Shown piece by piece: positions 11,344 to 22,639 of a DNA stretch of 44,056 bases. A model generated the notes under the pieces. That model had not been told where the DNA came from and searched no databases. It saw nothing but the letters and a program-made list of their open reading frames with translations. This DNA is from Faecalibacterium sp. CAG:74 (GTDB taxonomy: Bacteria; Verrucomicrobiota; Kiritimatiellia; RFP12; UBA1067): NCBI GenBank assembly GCA_963588415.1, contig CAVAHB010000127.1:1-44056 (forward strand), in the 5' to 3' direction. The position numbers and the translations under genes were made by a program. Within the stretch, counting starts at the first letter, position 1; every line of letters starts with the position of its first letter.

Positions 11344-12736
11344 GGCTCGTGCCTCCGTGACTGCCGCCACCGCCCGAACCGCGTACGCACGAACCCGCGT
11401 TCATGCGAATCCACCAGACGCCCGACTCGCGGAAGGAGGCGCGTTCCCACGTGGAGAGTTGCTGGCAGTAGAAGCATCCCGCCACGTGAGGGCCTTGCAG
11501 CAGATATTCCGGCAGGTGCTTGCGGATGTGATCAACCCATCCGACATCCGCCGTCGCCAGATCTTCACCGCCTACCGCGTCAATCGCCACAAGCCGCACG
11601 GACTCGAAGCACGGCACGACGAAGCCGGCGAGCGCGGTGACAACGCCTTCGCCGTCCTCCGTCTCGACCGTACCGAACGGCTTCGCCGCCGCCGTCCAGT
11701 TGAATTCCGAGTAGTCGTCGTCCGAGACGGACGGCGTTTCGGCAACACACCGGCAAATTGCCGCGCACCCGCGCACGTTGTACTCGGGCTTTACCTCGCC
11801 GACAATCGGGAAGTCGTAGTCGTCGCCCGAAAGGCGAAGCCCGTCGAACCACCGCGACCAGCGTCCCGTGTCGTAGAAGAACCAGACCTGCTCGCGGTTC
11901 GTGATTAGGTGCGAGCGGAGAAGTTCCTCCTCCGTCACGGGAGAATCGCCGTATTTCTGCGAGAGCGCGGCAATCTGCTTCAGGGAAAAGACGTCCGTCA
12001 GGGCTCCCGTCCACGCCTTGAGGTGAAGGGAGAAGACCTCGCTGTTTTCCATCGATTCCTCGCGCCGCGAGGGAAGCGGACCCCAGTCGTGATAGGTGTG
12101 ATAACTCGTCAGCACGCCTTCGGCATTGAAGTGGAACCAGCACCAGTTGCGGCCCGAAATCGCGTAGTAGAAGTTGCGGTTGAGAAGCAGGTGGCCGCCC
12201 TGCGCGTCGTAGAACTCGCAGTTGTCCGGCCCGACCGCAAGACCGCCCGAGACCGCCGTCTCCAGTTCCGCCGCGTATTCGTTCCACGCGCCCGGCCACG
12301 GTTCGGGATACGGCTCGCCCTCCGCGTTCGTGCCGCCATTGTAGACGGTGCGAATCGTATCGACGTGCTCCTTCAGGATGCGGGCGAAGTCATCCCGCGT
12401 TTCCATGCCGTTGCGCATCGCCGCCTCGTTCGCCTTGCGCAGGCCCTCGATCGGGCCGAGCAGGGCCTTGCGCCGCTGGGTCAGCACGACTTCGGCACAT
12501 TTCTCCGCGTCGTTCGCCGCCGCGGCGCGGACGTGTTCGAAGTTGAGCCGACCGATTTCGTTCAGCAGCAGACCCTGAACGCGAGCCGCCGCGAGAGCCG
12601 CCGCGTCACCGCCGTTCTGCACGCGGTTCTTCGAGCGGACGGCGAGGAAGACATCCACGTTCATGAGCACAAGCACGCAGAGGACGACAATCGTCACCGC
12701 CAAGTAGACTGCAACCTGTCCCGTTCGCGCTTTCAT
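11333..12736 (-). CDS. TadG-like Flp-pilus assembly protein
   Basis: The N-terminus MKARTGQVAVYLAVTIVVLCVLVLMNVDVFLAVRSKNRVQNGGDAAALAAA matches the TadE/G-like N-terminal signature (hydrophobic helix, xVD, then DaAALAaa). The C-terminal tail is Gly/His-rich. Confidence 0.65.
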   Translation of the reverse strand: MKARTGQVAVYLAVTIVVLCVLVLMNVDVFLAVRSKNRVQNGGDAAALAAARVQGLLLNEIGRLNFEHVRAAAANDAEKCAEVVLTQRRKALLGPIEGLRKANEAAMRNGMETRDDFARILKEHVDTIRTVYNGGTNAEGEPYPEPWPGAWNEYAAELETAVSGGLAVGPDNCEFYDAQGGHLLLNRNFYYAISGRNWCWFHFNAEGVLTSYHTYHDWGPLPSRREESMENSEVFSLHLKAWTGALTDVFSLKQIAALSQKYGDSPVTEEELLRSHLITNREQVWFFYDTGRWSRWFDGLRLSGDDYDFPIVGEVKPEYNVRGCAAICRCVAETPSVSDDDYSEFNWTAAAKPFGTVETEDGEGVVTALAGFVVPCFESVRLVAIDAVGGEDLATADVGWVDHIRKHLPEYLLQGPHVAGCFYCQQLSTWERASFRESGVWWIRMNAGSCVRGSGGGGSHGGTSHGH

Positions 12737-12740
12737 CGGT

Positions 12741-13247
12741 CTACCGTCCCTGATCGTTCATATAAAGAGGAAAGTGCGATTCCATTTCCGCCGCGCCCTC
12801 CATGCGGATGGGATTTTCGTTCCCGTCCCCGTAGCAGAAGAGGCGGGGAATGTCGAGACCGATGGCGGCTTCCACGGTCGGGGAAACGCCGCCCCCCGAT
12901 TCGACCGCAACATCCATCGTTTGCCAGCGTTCGTATTCAAGGATGCCTCGTGCGAGGGATTCGTTTTCAGCGCTGAGGTAGTCGGGCACGCGGGAAACTT
13001 CGGCGAAAGCCGCGTCGCCATCCGGCCAGAGCATTCGGCCGGCGACGGGAAGCATGGCGACACGCGCCGACTTCAGGCACATGAAGTCGTTGAACCCGAC
13101 CGCCCTCGCCCGGGCCGCACGGGCGGCGGCGTGGTCAAGAAGAATCCGCGCCGTCAGCAGGTGCGAGAGTTGGAGTAGCCCGAACAGGATGAAGGTCACG
13201 AAAACGACGGCAAGCATCGTTTCGACCATCGCCTGACCGTGGCGCAT
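12741..13247 (-). CDS. TadE-like pseudopilin
   Basis: The N-terminus MRHGQAMVETMLAVVFVTFILFGLL has a G/QAMVE processing-like site followed by a hydrophobic helix. Confidence 0.65.
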   Translation of the reverse strand: MRHGQAMVETMLAVVFVTFILFGLLQLSHLLTARILLDHAAARAARARAVGFNDFMCLKSARVAMLPVAGRMLWPDGDAAFAEVSRVPDYLSAENESLARGILEYERWQTMDVAVESGGGVSPTVEAAIGLDIPRLFCYGDGNENPIRMEGAAEMESHFPLYMNDQGR

Positions 13248-13252
13248 CGGCC

Positions 13253-13471
13253 TTATTCGCCCAAATCCTTGATTGTGTCTTCGCTAATCGAATCCGCCGC
13301 GCTCTTCGCGCTCGACCCTTCCTGCGAAGAGAGGGCTTCCGTCGCGCCCGCCGTCTTCTTGGCAATTGCGCGGCTCAGGTAGGTGAACACGGAGATTAGC
13401 GCGATTGCAATCAAACAGACGATGATGATGTATTCAACCATCGTCTGACCTTTTCTCAATGCTTTCATCAT
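13253..13471 (-). CDS. Flp-family type IVb pilin
   Basis: 72 aa, MMKALRKGQTMVEYIIIVCLIAIALI. The G/xxxxEY Flp prepilin motif is present, and AAGGAGA lies upstream of the start. Confidence 0.7.
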   Translation of the reverse strand: MMKALRKGQTMVEYIIIVCLIAIALISVFTYLSRAIAKKTAGATEALSSQEGSSAKSAADSISEDTIKDLGE

Positions 13472-13504
13472 GTTCTTTTCTCCTTCTTAGTAGTTGCCTT
13501 TGGT

Positions 13505-13666
13505 TTACGGATAGTCCGACCTGACGAGTTCCTCGGTTCGTTCCGCCGACTTCTGCGCGGCCCGGACGAGATAGCCCATCACGCCGACCACCGCCAGCAA
13601 GATCGCGACGCACAAGACGTATTCAAGTGCCGCCTGACCCCGCCTACTATCACCGAACACGCGCAT
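13505..13666 (-). CDS. second Flp-family pilin (53 aa; below the ORF-track size cutoff)
   Basis: Hand translation gives MRVFGDSRRGQAALEYVLCVAILLAVVGVMGYLVRAAQKSAERTEELVRSDYP, which has the G/QAALEY Flp motif. The start codon is uncertain because the ATG overlaps a TGGTATAAT element; a GTG at 13660 is the alternative. Confidence 0.6.
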   Translation of the reverse strand: MRVFGDSRRGQAALEYVLCVAILLAVVGVMGYLVRAAQKSAERTEELVRSDYP

Positions 13667-13673
13667 TATACCA
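13665..13673 (-). promoter_or_regulatory. extended -10 element TGGTATAAT upstream of or overlapping the flp genes
   Basis: Minus strand reads ATGGTATAATG, immediately after the lptF/G stop codon. Confidence 0.4.
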
Positions 13674-13675
13674 TA

Positions 13676-14776
13676 TTACCGCTGTTTGTGAAAAGCGCGG
13701 ACGCCGAGCGCGAGGAAGACGAGATTCGGCAGAATCGCCGCGAGAACCGGCGGCAGCCACCCCGAATCGGCGCAAATCATGCACCCGATTGTCAGCCCGT
13801 AGAATCCGAAGAACATCACAAGCGCACCCAGAATACCCCTGAAGACGGACTGCCGACCCGATGCGATACCCGCCGGAATCGCGAAGAGCGTAATCACGAG
13901 GCAGGCGAACGGCGAGAGGATCTTCAACCACACGTCATACGCATACCGCCGCCGCGTCTTTTCCGAAAGATCCCTGTGCGTCCGCAGGTAGCGCAGACGG
14001 TCGCGAATCGAGTTGTAGTTCCACGGGCGGTTCTGCATCTGGAAGTCGTCGGGACGCTCCCGAAACTCGGCGAACGAACGCAGGGGGAGCGCATCCAGTT
14101 CGGGCGTTTCGGAGGCGACGTCCTCGCCGCGTGCGTTGCAGTGCTGGATCTTCGCATTCCTGAACCACCACTCGCCGTCGAGATAGTAGGCCTCGGGGGC
14201 GGTAATCGTCATCTGCCGCGCACCGCCGTTCGGTCGGTCAATCGAGACCTTCACGTCCGCAAGGTGCGTCGCATCCTCGTTAAGGAACTTGCCGATTGTC
14301 CACGTGCGCCAGTCCCTGGCATTTCGGTAGATGATGTTGCCGAACTTCTCGGCCTGTGCGAGGTTGAACTTCGAGGCCTTCATCTGCTTGGCCCACTGCG
14401 CCCGACGCGGCACGTAACAGTCGTTCACCCACCACACGAACGCCGCCATGCCGAGCGCAACCGCCAGCATCGGGCGCACGATCGTCAGGAAGCCGATTCC
14501 GTTCGCCCGCATCGCAATCAGTTCCGAGTGGCGGCAGAAGTTCCACATCGTGTAGAGCGCGGCGAGCATCAGCGCGGCCGGCGCGAGCCACTCGAAGTAG
14601 GGCGCAAGGTAGGCACAGAAATACTCGACCGCCGTGCCGAATGGCAACTTCGCCTCCATCAGGCGCGAAAACGAACCGAAGAGTTCGAAAAGGACGTAAA
14701 TCGAAATAAATCCGCACAGGCAGTAGCCGAGCGGAATCAGGTATTCACGAAGAACGTATCGCGTCAGAATGCGCAT
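13676..14776 (-). CDS. LptF/LptG-family LPS export permease
   Basis: ORF 13676..14806, trimmed to the ATG at 14776 (MRILTRYVLREYLIPLGY, the canonical LptF/G N-terminus). Predicted topology is six TM segments with a large periplasmic loop. Confidence 0.85.
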   Translation of the reverse strand: MRILTRYVLREYLIPLGYCLCGFISIYVLFELFGSFSRLMEAKLPFGTAVEYFCAYLAPYFEWLAPAALMLAALYTMWNFCRHSELIAMRANGIGFLTIVRPMLAVALGMAAFVWWVNDCYVPRRAQWAKQMKASKFNLAQAEKFGNIIYRNARDWRTWTIGKFLNEDATHLADVKVSIDRPNGGARQMTITAPEAYYLDGEWWFRNAKIQHCNARGEDVASETPELDALPLRSFAEFRERPDDFQMQNRPWNYNSIRDRLRYLRTHRDLSEKTRRRYAYDVWLKILSPFACLVITLFAIPAGIASGRQSVFRGILGALVMFFGFYGLTIGCMICADSGWLPPVLAAILPNLVFLALGVRAFHKQR

Positions 14777-14783
14777 TGCCCGT

Positions 14784-14792
14784 ATTATATCA
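14784..14792 (-). promoter_or_regulatory. extended -10 element TGATATAAT, 7 nt from the lptF/G ATG (leaderless configuration)
   Basis: Minus strand reads GTGTGATATAATACGGGCAATG. The TGA of this element is the pyrD stop codon. Confidence 0.5.
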
Positions 14793-15743
14793 CACTTCCA
14801 GCGCACCCGTCAGGTCGCGGACGGACACAAAGGCATGGCGCCGGCAGTAATCGACGATGCCGTCCAGCACCCGCCCCGCCGTGCCGGGGTCGGAGAATGT
14901 CGCCGTGCCGACGGCGACCGCCGTCGCACCCGCGAGCAGAAACTCAAGTGCGTCCTTCGCTTCGTAAACACCGCCCATCGCCAAGATTGGCAGTTTCGAT
15001 GCGCGGTGCGCATCGTAGACGACCTTCACCGCCGCCGGATGAACGCCACGCCCGGAAAGGCCGCCCGTCACGTTCGCCAGCACGGGCCGCCGTCTCTCCA
15101 CGTCAATCACCATCGCCGGAATCGTGTTAATCATCGAGAGCGCATCCGCGCCGCCATCCTCGCACGCCTTCACATAGGGACGAATGTCGGGAACGTTCGG
15201 CGCAAGTTTCACGATGAGCGGCAGGTCGGTCTTCGCACGAACCGCCGCGACAAGCCGGTTCAGCACGGCCGGGTCCTGCCCGAAGGTGTGCCCGCCCTCC
15301 TTCACGTTCGGACACGAGACGTTGCATTCAATGGCGCGCACCGTCGCCGCGCCCTCCCGTCCCGACCGTGCGAACGCCGTCAGCCGACGGGCGACTTCGG
15401 CATATTCGTCAATCGAGCCGCCCCAGATGTTCACAATCATCGGGACGCTTCCTGCCTGCTCCTGATACCACGGGGCTGTGACGCTCTCAAAGTGGTCGAT
15501 GCCCGAACCCTGAAGGCCGATAGCATTGACGAGTCCGCCGAAGACCTCGGCGTGGCGCGGCATTTCGTTCCCCGGCCACGGTTCAAGGCGGATTCCCTTG
15601 ATTGTAATCGCGCCGAGTTTCGAGTAGTCGAGCGCACCGACGTACTCCGTGCCGTATCCGAAAGTCCCGCTCGCCGTGACCACGGGAGTCGGCATCTCAA
15701 GTCCGCCCAGGTTGACGCCGAGTTCAACGCCCTCCTTCACCAT
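14790..15743 (-). CDS. pyrD: dihydroorotate dehydrogenase, class 1 catalytic subunit
   Basis: 317 aa. Contains TASGTFGYG, NVSCPN and other class 1 DHOD motifs. Confidence 0.9.
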   Translation of the reverse strand: MVKEGVELGVNLGGLEMPTPVVTASGTFGYGTEYVGALDYSKLGAITIKGIRLEPWPGNEMPRHAEVFGGLVNAIGLQGSGIDHFESVTAPWYQEQAGSVPMIVNIWGGSIDEYAEVARRLTAFARSGREGAATVRAIECNVSCPNVKEGGHTFGQDPAVLNRLVAAVRAKTDLPLIVKLAPNVPDIRPYVKACEDGGADALSMINTIPAMVIDVERRRPVLANVTGGLSGRGVHPAAVKVVYDAHRASKLPILAMGGVYEAKDALEFLLAGATAVAVGTATFSDPGTAGRVLDGIVDYCRRHAFVSVRDLTGALEV

Positions 15744-15754
15744 TCGCGCGCTCC

Positions 15755-18364
<2,610 letters not shown>

Positions 18365-18381
18365 TTATTTGCAAGTGCGTT

Positions 18382-19275
18382 TCAACGAGAAAGGGCGTCC
18401 ACGACGCCGCGCCAGTAGCCGACGCATTCGGCGACGGGCGCGAGGTTGTCCTCGAAGTCCTTCTCGTATTCAAGCGAGCACACGTTCGAGTAGCCGATGT
18501 CCATCAGGGCGCGAATCACGCGCACGTAGTCGATTTTGCCGCGTGGAAGCGGAATCGCCGCGCCGTTGCGCTTGCCAATCTCAAAGTTCTTGATGTGCAT
18601 GTCGAAGATGCGGTCCGCATGCTTGTGAATCGTCTCCACGGGATCGACGCCGCACCCGTATTCCCAGCCCACGTCCATGCAGAAGCCGATGCGCGGGTCG
18701 AGGTCGTGGATGAGTTCCCAGCCGGACGCGACCGACGGGAACATATCCGGCGAATCCGGCCCGTGGTTGTGAATCGCGTAGCGGATGTCGAACTCCTTGA
18801 CCAACTTGTCGATGGTGAGGAGGAGTTTACGCGAACCCCTGCGCTTGTTCCAGGAGTCCTTCTCATCCGTCGGCTCGTACGGCACGCCGACGACGGTCTT
18901 CACGCCGAGCCGCTTCGCATACTCGAACGCCTTCCGCGCAAAGGCCTCGTCCTTCATGTAAATCGGCCCGACGGCATACGGCACGACATCCGCGTCGGCG
19001 CACTTCGCACGGAACGCCGCCATCTCCGCATCCGTCGCCGACAGCGGCAGATGGAAGTCCTTCACGCAAAGGTAGTGGATATCCACCTTCTTGAGGATAT
19101 CGAGCATTTCCACCAGCTGCTTGCGGCACATCGTGAACCCCGCCATGCCGAACTTGAAGCCGGGATGAACCTTGCCGCCCGCCGCCACCCCGGCCGTCGT
19201 GCGGCATCCGCCGACAAGCGAAACCGCCCCGGCCGCAACGGCCGAACCAAAGAAACCTCTGCGCGTCATTTCCAT
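18382..19275 (-). CDS. Tat-exported sugar phosphate isomerase/epimerase-family (xylose isomerase-like TIM barrel) protein
   Basis: ORF 18382..19311, trimmed to the ATG at 19275, with AAGGAC 7 nt upstream. Has the twin-arginine motif MEMTRRGFFGSAVAAGA. It is a paralog of 42601..43566. Confidence 0.75.
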   Translation of the reverse strand: MEMTRRGFFGSAVAAGAVSLVGGCRTTAGVAAGGKVHPGFKFGMAGFTMCRKQLVEMLDILKKVDIHYLCVKDFHLPLSATDAEMAAFRAKCADADVVPYAVGPIYMKDEAFARKAFEYAKRLGVKTVVGVPYEPTDEKDSWNKRRGSRKLLLTIDKLVKEFDIRYAIHNHGPDSPDMFPSVASGWELIHDLDPRIGFCMDVGWEYGCGVDPVETIHKHADRIFDMHIKNFEIGKRNGAAIPLPRGKIDYVRVIRALMDIGYSNVCSLEYEKDFEDNLAPVAECVGYWRGVVDALSR

Positions 19276-19331
19276 CTGCTTTGTCCTTTCTTGACTTACC
19301 CCGTGCCTCAAACCCGCACGGAGCGGCTCAC

Positions 19332-19340
19332 ATTATATCA
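19332..19340 (-). promoter_or_regulatory. extended -10 element TGATATAAT
   Basis: Minus strand reads TTTATGATATAATGTGAGC, about 57 nt upstream of the ATG at 19275. It is flanked by the 6-bp inverted repeat GCTCAC/GTGAGC. Confidence 0.45.
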
Positions 19341-19363
19341 TAAATCACCGTGAGCGTTCTTCT

Positions 19364-22300
19364 TCACCGAATGTCAAGTTCGAAGATGGAGATTCCGTAA
19401 TCCGTATTGCGTTCGAGTCCCGTGAGACGCAGGTAGCGGGCCGAAACGGGACGCCACGCCACCGCGTCGTTCGCGGGATTGGAAACCGCGTGGTTTTCGA
19501 CTGCGGACGTCCACTTCTCGCCGTCGTCCGAGGTTTCGATTCGATAGCGCCGCGCATGGGCGTGCTCCCAGCGAATCGTCGCCCGCGAGACCGTCCGGGG
19601 CCGTCCGAAATCCAGTTGAAGCCACTCGCCGTCGCGGTGCAACGACCCCCAGCGCGTCTTCGGGTCGCCATCGACCGCATACGCCGCAAGCAAGCCGCCG
19701 TTCTCCTCGCCGCTCGCCGTCACCGTGGCAAGCCGCGCGAGGTTGACGTCCGCGAGGTTCTTCGCAACGATTGTCGCGATTGACTTTTTGCCCTGCAAGG
19801 TGACGGAGAGCGTGTACGTCCCCGCCTTCCGCGCAGTGAACCCGGTGCGCCCAAACTCCGCATTCCTGGAGTCAGAAAGTTCGACCGTCGCGCCCTTGAG
19901 GCGCATCCGCCCACCGAACTGGTCAAGTGCCTCAACCGAAAGTTTCAGGGGTTCGCCGACGATGCACTCCGCCGCGTCCGGCGCGATGACGAGTTTCGTG
20001 ACGCGCAACGCCTCCTCGACGGGAAACCGCCGCGAGACTTCCAGCGAGTCCGTCCGCGCCGTCACCGTGGCGAAGCCGTTCGTGCGCGGCGTGAAGTTTC
20101 CCCTGCGGTCAAACGTTCCGTCCGCGCTCGTCCACTTCACGCCCGCCGCGTCCGCGCCCTTCGCCGTGCGCAGGGCGAGGCGCGTCGCCTCGCCCTCCTT
20201 CAGGACGGCGCGGTCGGCGACGATTTCCGCCTCTGGGGCGGGCGCGACTGGCGCGGGCTTCGCAATCGCCAGCTTCGGCTCCCGAACAGCCGCGTGCTTC
20301 GTCCGTGCGCCGCCCACCGTGAGCCGGCCGGGTTCGGCGCGGAGCGTCCCGACTGTTTCGCCCGCCGCGTCGAAGAAGCGTACGGTGCGCGGCTCGCTTC
20401 CGGCGTTGTAGGCCATCAGCGTCCGCTTCCCGTTCCTGACGAAGGCGCGTGCGCAGGGATAGTCGGCCCGTACGCCGAAGTCGAGGTCGCCGTAGGCGAG
20501 GTGGCTGTGAATCGCCCAGTAGGTGAGATGACCCGTGTCGGCATTCTTCACGACCCCGCGATCAGCCTTCGCGAGTGCGGCGAAAATGCGCGCCGCCGCC
20601 TCCGGATCGCTCCGCTGGAGATAACTGAGGAGTACGTTCCCGAGCGAGGCGTCGCCGAGTTCCTTCTCCCAGCCCGAAACCTCCTTCGTCTTCCACATCG
20701 TCGCATAGTCCCACGCGGCGAACTTGCGGTCTTCGCTCAGGTAGTCGAGCGCGGGCGTGTTCGGCAGCCACTGGATGGAGTGCATCCACACGGGATCGCC
20801 GCTAAAATACGTCCACCAGCCGACGCCATGGCAGGTGAGGTTCGAGTTGTAGGGGTGTTTGAACTTCGTGTAATCGATGTTCTCGCGGTCGCGGTCGAAC
20901 CAGTATTCCGCCGTGCCGTGCGCCTCCGACACCCAGCCAAAGATGCCCGCGTCGCGCATCTCGCGGTCGCCGAGCGCGAGTCCGAGCAGATAGAGGCCGC
21001 CCCAGCCCTGCATCGCCTCGGAGGAGGACTCCTGTCCGTTGCCGTTGCCGTCGCCAAGCCCCCCGGCGAAGGAGTGCCCCGCCCACGGGTCGAACGTGCG
21101 GAAGAACGGGAAGCGCCTCTCGTCGCGCCGCCAGTTCGCGTAGTCGCTCGCAATGAGCCGCAGCATCGGCCCGAACTTCTCGCGGAAGTCCGCATCCACG
21201 AGACAGAGGAGTGCGCCCGAATAGGTGAAGTAGCCGTAATGGAAGTGGTGGTCGTTGAAGGTCTCTGAATCGTAGCTCGTCGATTCGCCGACAAGCCCGC
21301 CCCAGCGCGGCACATAGGAGAAGTAGAAGCGTTCCTCTCCGGGCGTCCACGTGAGCCAGTCCTCGAACTGTGCCCGCAGACGGTCGTGCGCCTTCTGGAA
21401 TGTCGCCGCATCACCCGTCCCGCGTGCCGCCATCATCGCGAGGGACATCTGCAGGAGTCCCTTGCCGCCCCAGTAGGTGTCGCCGCCGAAATTGCCGCGT
21501 TCGGCGTAGTCGTCGAGCAGCCGTTTGAACAGCACCGCATCGTAGGGGGCTTCGGCGAAGTCGTGCGCCTGCGGGGCCGCCCAATGCGGCAGCATGCCGG
21601 GGAAGGTGTAGACGATTGAGAGTTCGTTCCCCTTCGCCACGCGCTGCCTGCCACGCGGCGTCTGCCAGACGAGGCCCTCCATTACCTTGAACTTCGGGAC
21701 GGTGCGCTTCAGGTGGTGCGGCTGAAAGCCCTGCAACGCCGTTGGCGCGGCGGTTTTGCCGTGCAGATCCTCCGTCTCCACGCGCCACGTCGTCGTGAGT
21801 TCCGCCGTCCGTTCGTCATACGCCCAGTCCACGCGCGTCGATCGGACGATGGCGGCGGCGAACGGCGCGAGCGCGGCGAACGCCGAGCGGTTCGGCAGAA
21901 GGCCGACCGCGAGCCATCCCTTCTTCTTCCCGCCGGGGAAGGTGAAGGCGAGCGTTCCGTCCGCCCGTTCCGCGACCCGCGTCTTCGCCGGATGCCACAC
22001 GCCGTAGAAGTCGTCGCCCGCCTTCACGACGACGGCGTTCTCCTCCGCAAGCCGCTCGACCGAAACCGCGCCTTCGCTCTCGACCTTGAGCGTCGCGTCC
22101 AGCCCCTCGTATTCGACCCATGTGAAAGGCGAACCGTGCACGAGCGTCGCCCGCATCGCCTTCGCCTCGCCGTCCGGCAGGAGGAGTTCCACGTCCCAGT
22201 CGTGCCAATCCGCCACGTTCGCCGCGCTCGGATTGAACGCGGGCGCTCCGCAGACAAGACGGCTTCGCGCCTTCATCTCCGTGCCGTCGTCAATCCAATA

Positions 22301-22618
22301 ACTCGGAAACGCCACGCTCACGCCCTGAGCCGAAGCCCGCACGAGGGCGGGATAACTCCAGAGGTTGCCCGTCCAGCGTTCGACGAGCGCATCCGTCCAC
22401 CAGTCGTTCGTCGGGATCGGCTCGCCGGACTTGCGAACCAGGTAGAGCGGACGGTTCTGCATGAACCGGCTCTGGTCGCCCTTGCGCGAACCGTCAACCG
22501 TCCGCGCCTTCGCCCACGGCGTGTACGAGGCGTAGGAACCCGCCCCGCAGGGGACGATTTCCTGCGCGGCGAGCGCACCCGCCATCGCCGCACCGACAAC
22601 GGACAAAACAGATTTCAT
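19364..22618 (-). CDS. secreted GH81 endo-beta-1,3-glucanase with C-terminal Ig-like and discoidin (F5/8 type C) domains
   Basis: 1084 aa with a signal peptide. GH81 hallmarks NDHHFHYGYF and GQESSSEAMQGW are present. The C-terminal DGDPKTRWGS...WLQLDF segment is a discoidin-type module. Confidence 0.85.
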   Translation of the reverse strand: MKSVLSVVGAAMAGALAAQEIVPCGAGSYASYTPWAKARTVDGSRKGDQSRFMQNRPLYLVRKSGEPIPTNDWWTDALVERWTGNLWSYPALVRASAQGVSVAFPSYWIDDGTEMKARSRLVCGAPAFNPSAANVADWHDWDVELLLPDGEAKAMRATLVHGSPFTWVEYEGLDATLKVESEGAVSVERLAEENAVVVKAGDDFYGVWHPAKTRVAERADGTLAFTFPGGKKKGWLAVGLLPNRSAFAALAPFAAAIVRSTRVDWAYDERTAELTTTWRVETEDLHGKTAAPTALQGFQPHHLKRTVPKFKVMEGLVWQTPRGRQRVAKGNELSIVYTFPGMLPHWAAPQAHDFAEAPYDAVLFKRLLDDYAERGNFGGDTYWGGKGLLQMSLAMMAARGTGDAATFQKAHDRLRAQFEDWLTWTPGEERFYFSYVPRWGGLVGESTSYDSETFNDHHFHYGYFTYSGALLCLVDADFREKFGPMLRLIASDYANWRRDERRFPFFRTFDPWAGHSFAGGLGDGNGNGQESSSEAMQGWGGLYLLGLALGDREMRDAGIFGWVSEAHGTAEYWFDRDRENIDYTKFKHPYNSNLTCHGVGWWTYFSGDPVWMHSIQWLPNTPALDYLSEDRKFAAWDYATMWKTKEVSGWEKELGDASLGNVLLSYLQRSDPEAAARIFAALAKADRGVVKNADTGHLTYWAIHSHLAYGDLDFGVRADYPCARAFVRNGKRTLMAYNAGSEPRTVRFFDAAGETVGTLRAEPGRLTVGGARTKHAAVREPKLAIAKPAPVAPAPEAEIVADRAVLKEGEATRLALRTAKGADAAGVKWTSADGTFDRRGNFTPRTNGFATVTARTDSLEVSRRFPVEEALRVTKLVIAPDAAECIVGEPLKLSVEALDQFGGRMRLKGATVELSDSRNAEFGRTGFTARKAGTYTLSVTLQGKKSIATIVAKNLADVNLARLATVTASGEENGGLLAAYAVDGDPKTRWGSLHRDGEWLQLDFGRPRTVSRATIRWEHAHARRYRIETSDDGEKWTSAVENHAVSNPANDAVAWRPVSARYLRLTGLERNTDYGISIFELDIR

Positions 22619-22639
22619 GTGTACTGACTTTCCCTCCGG

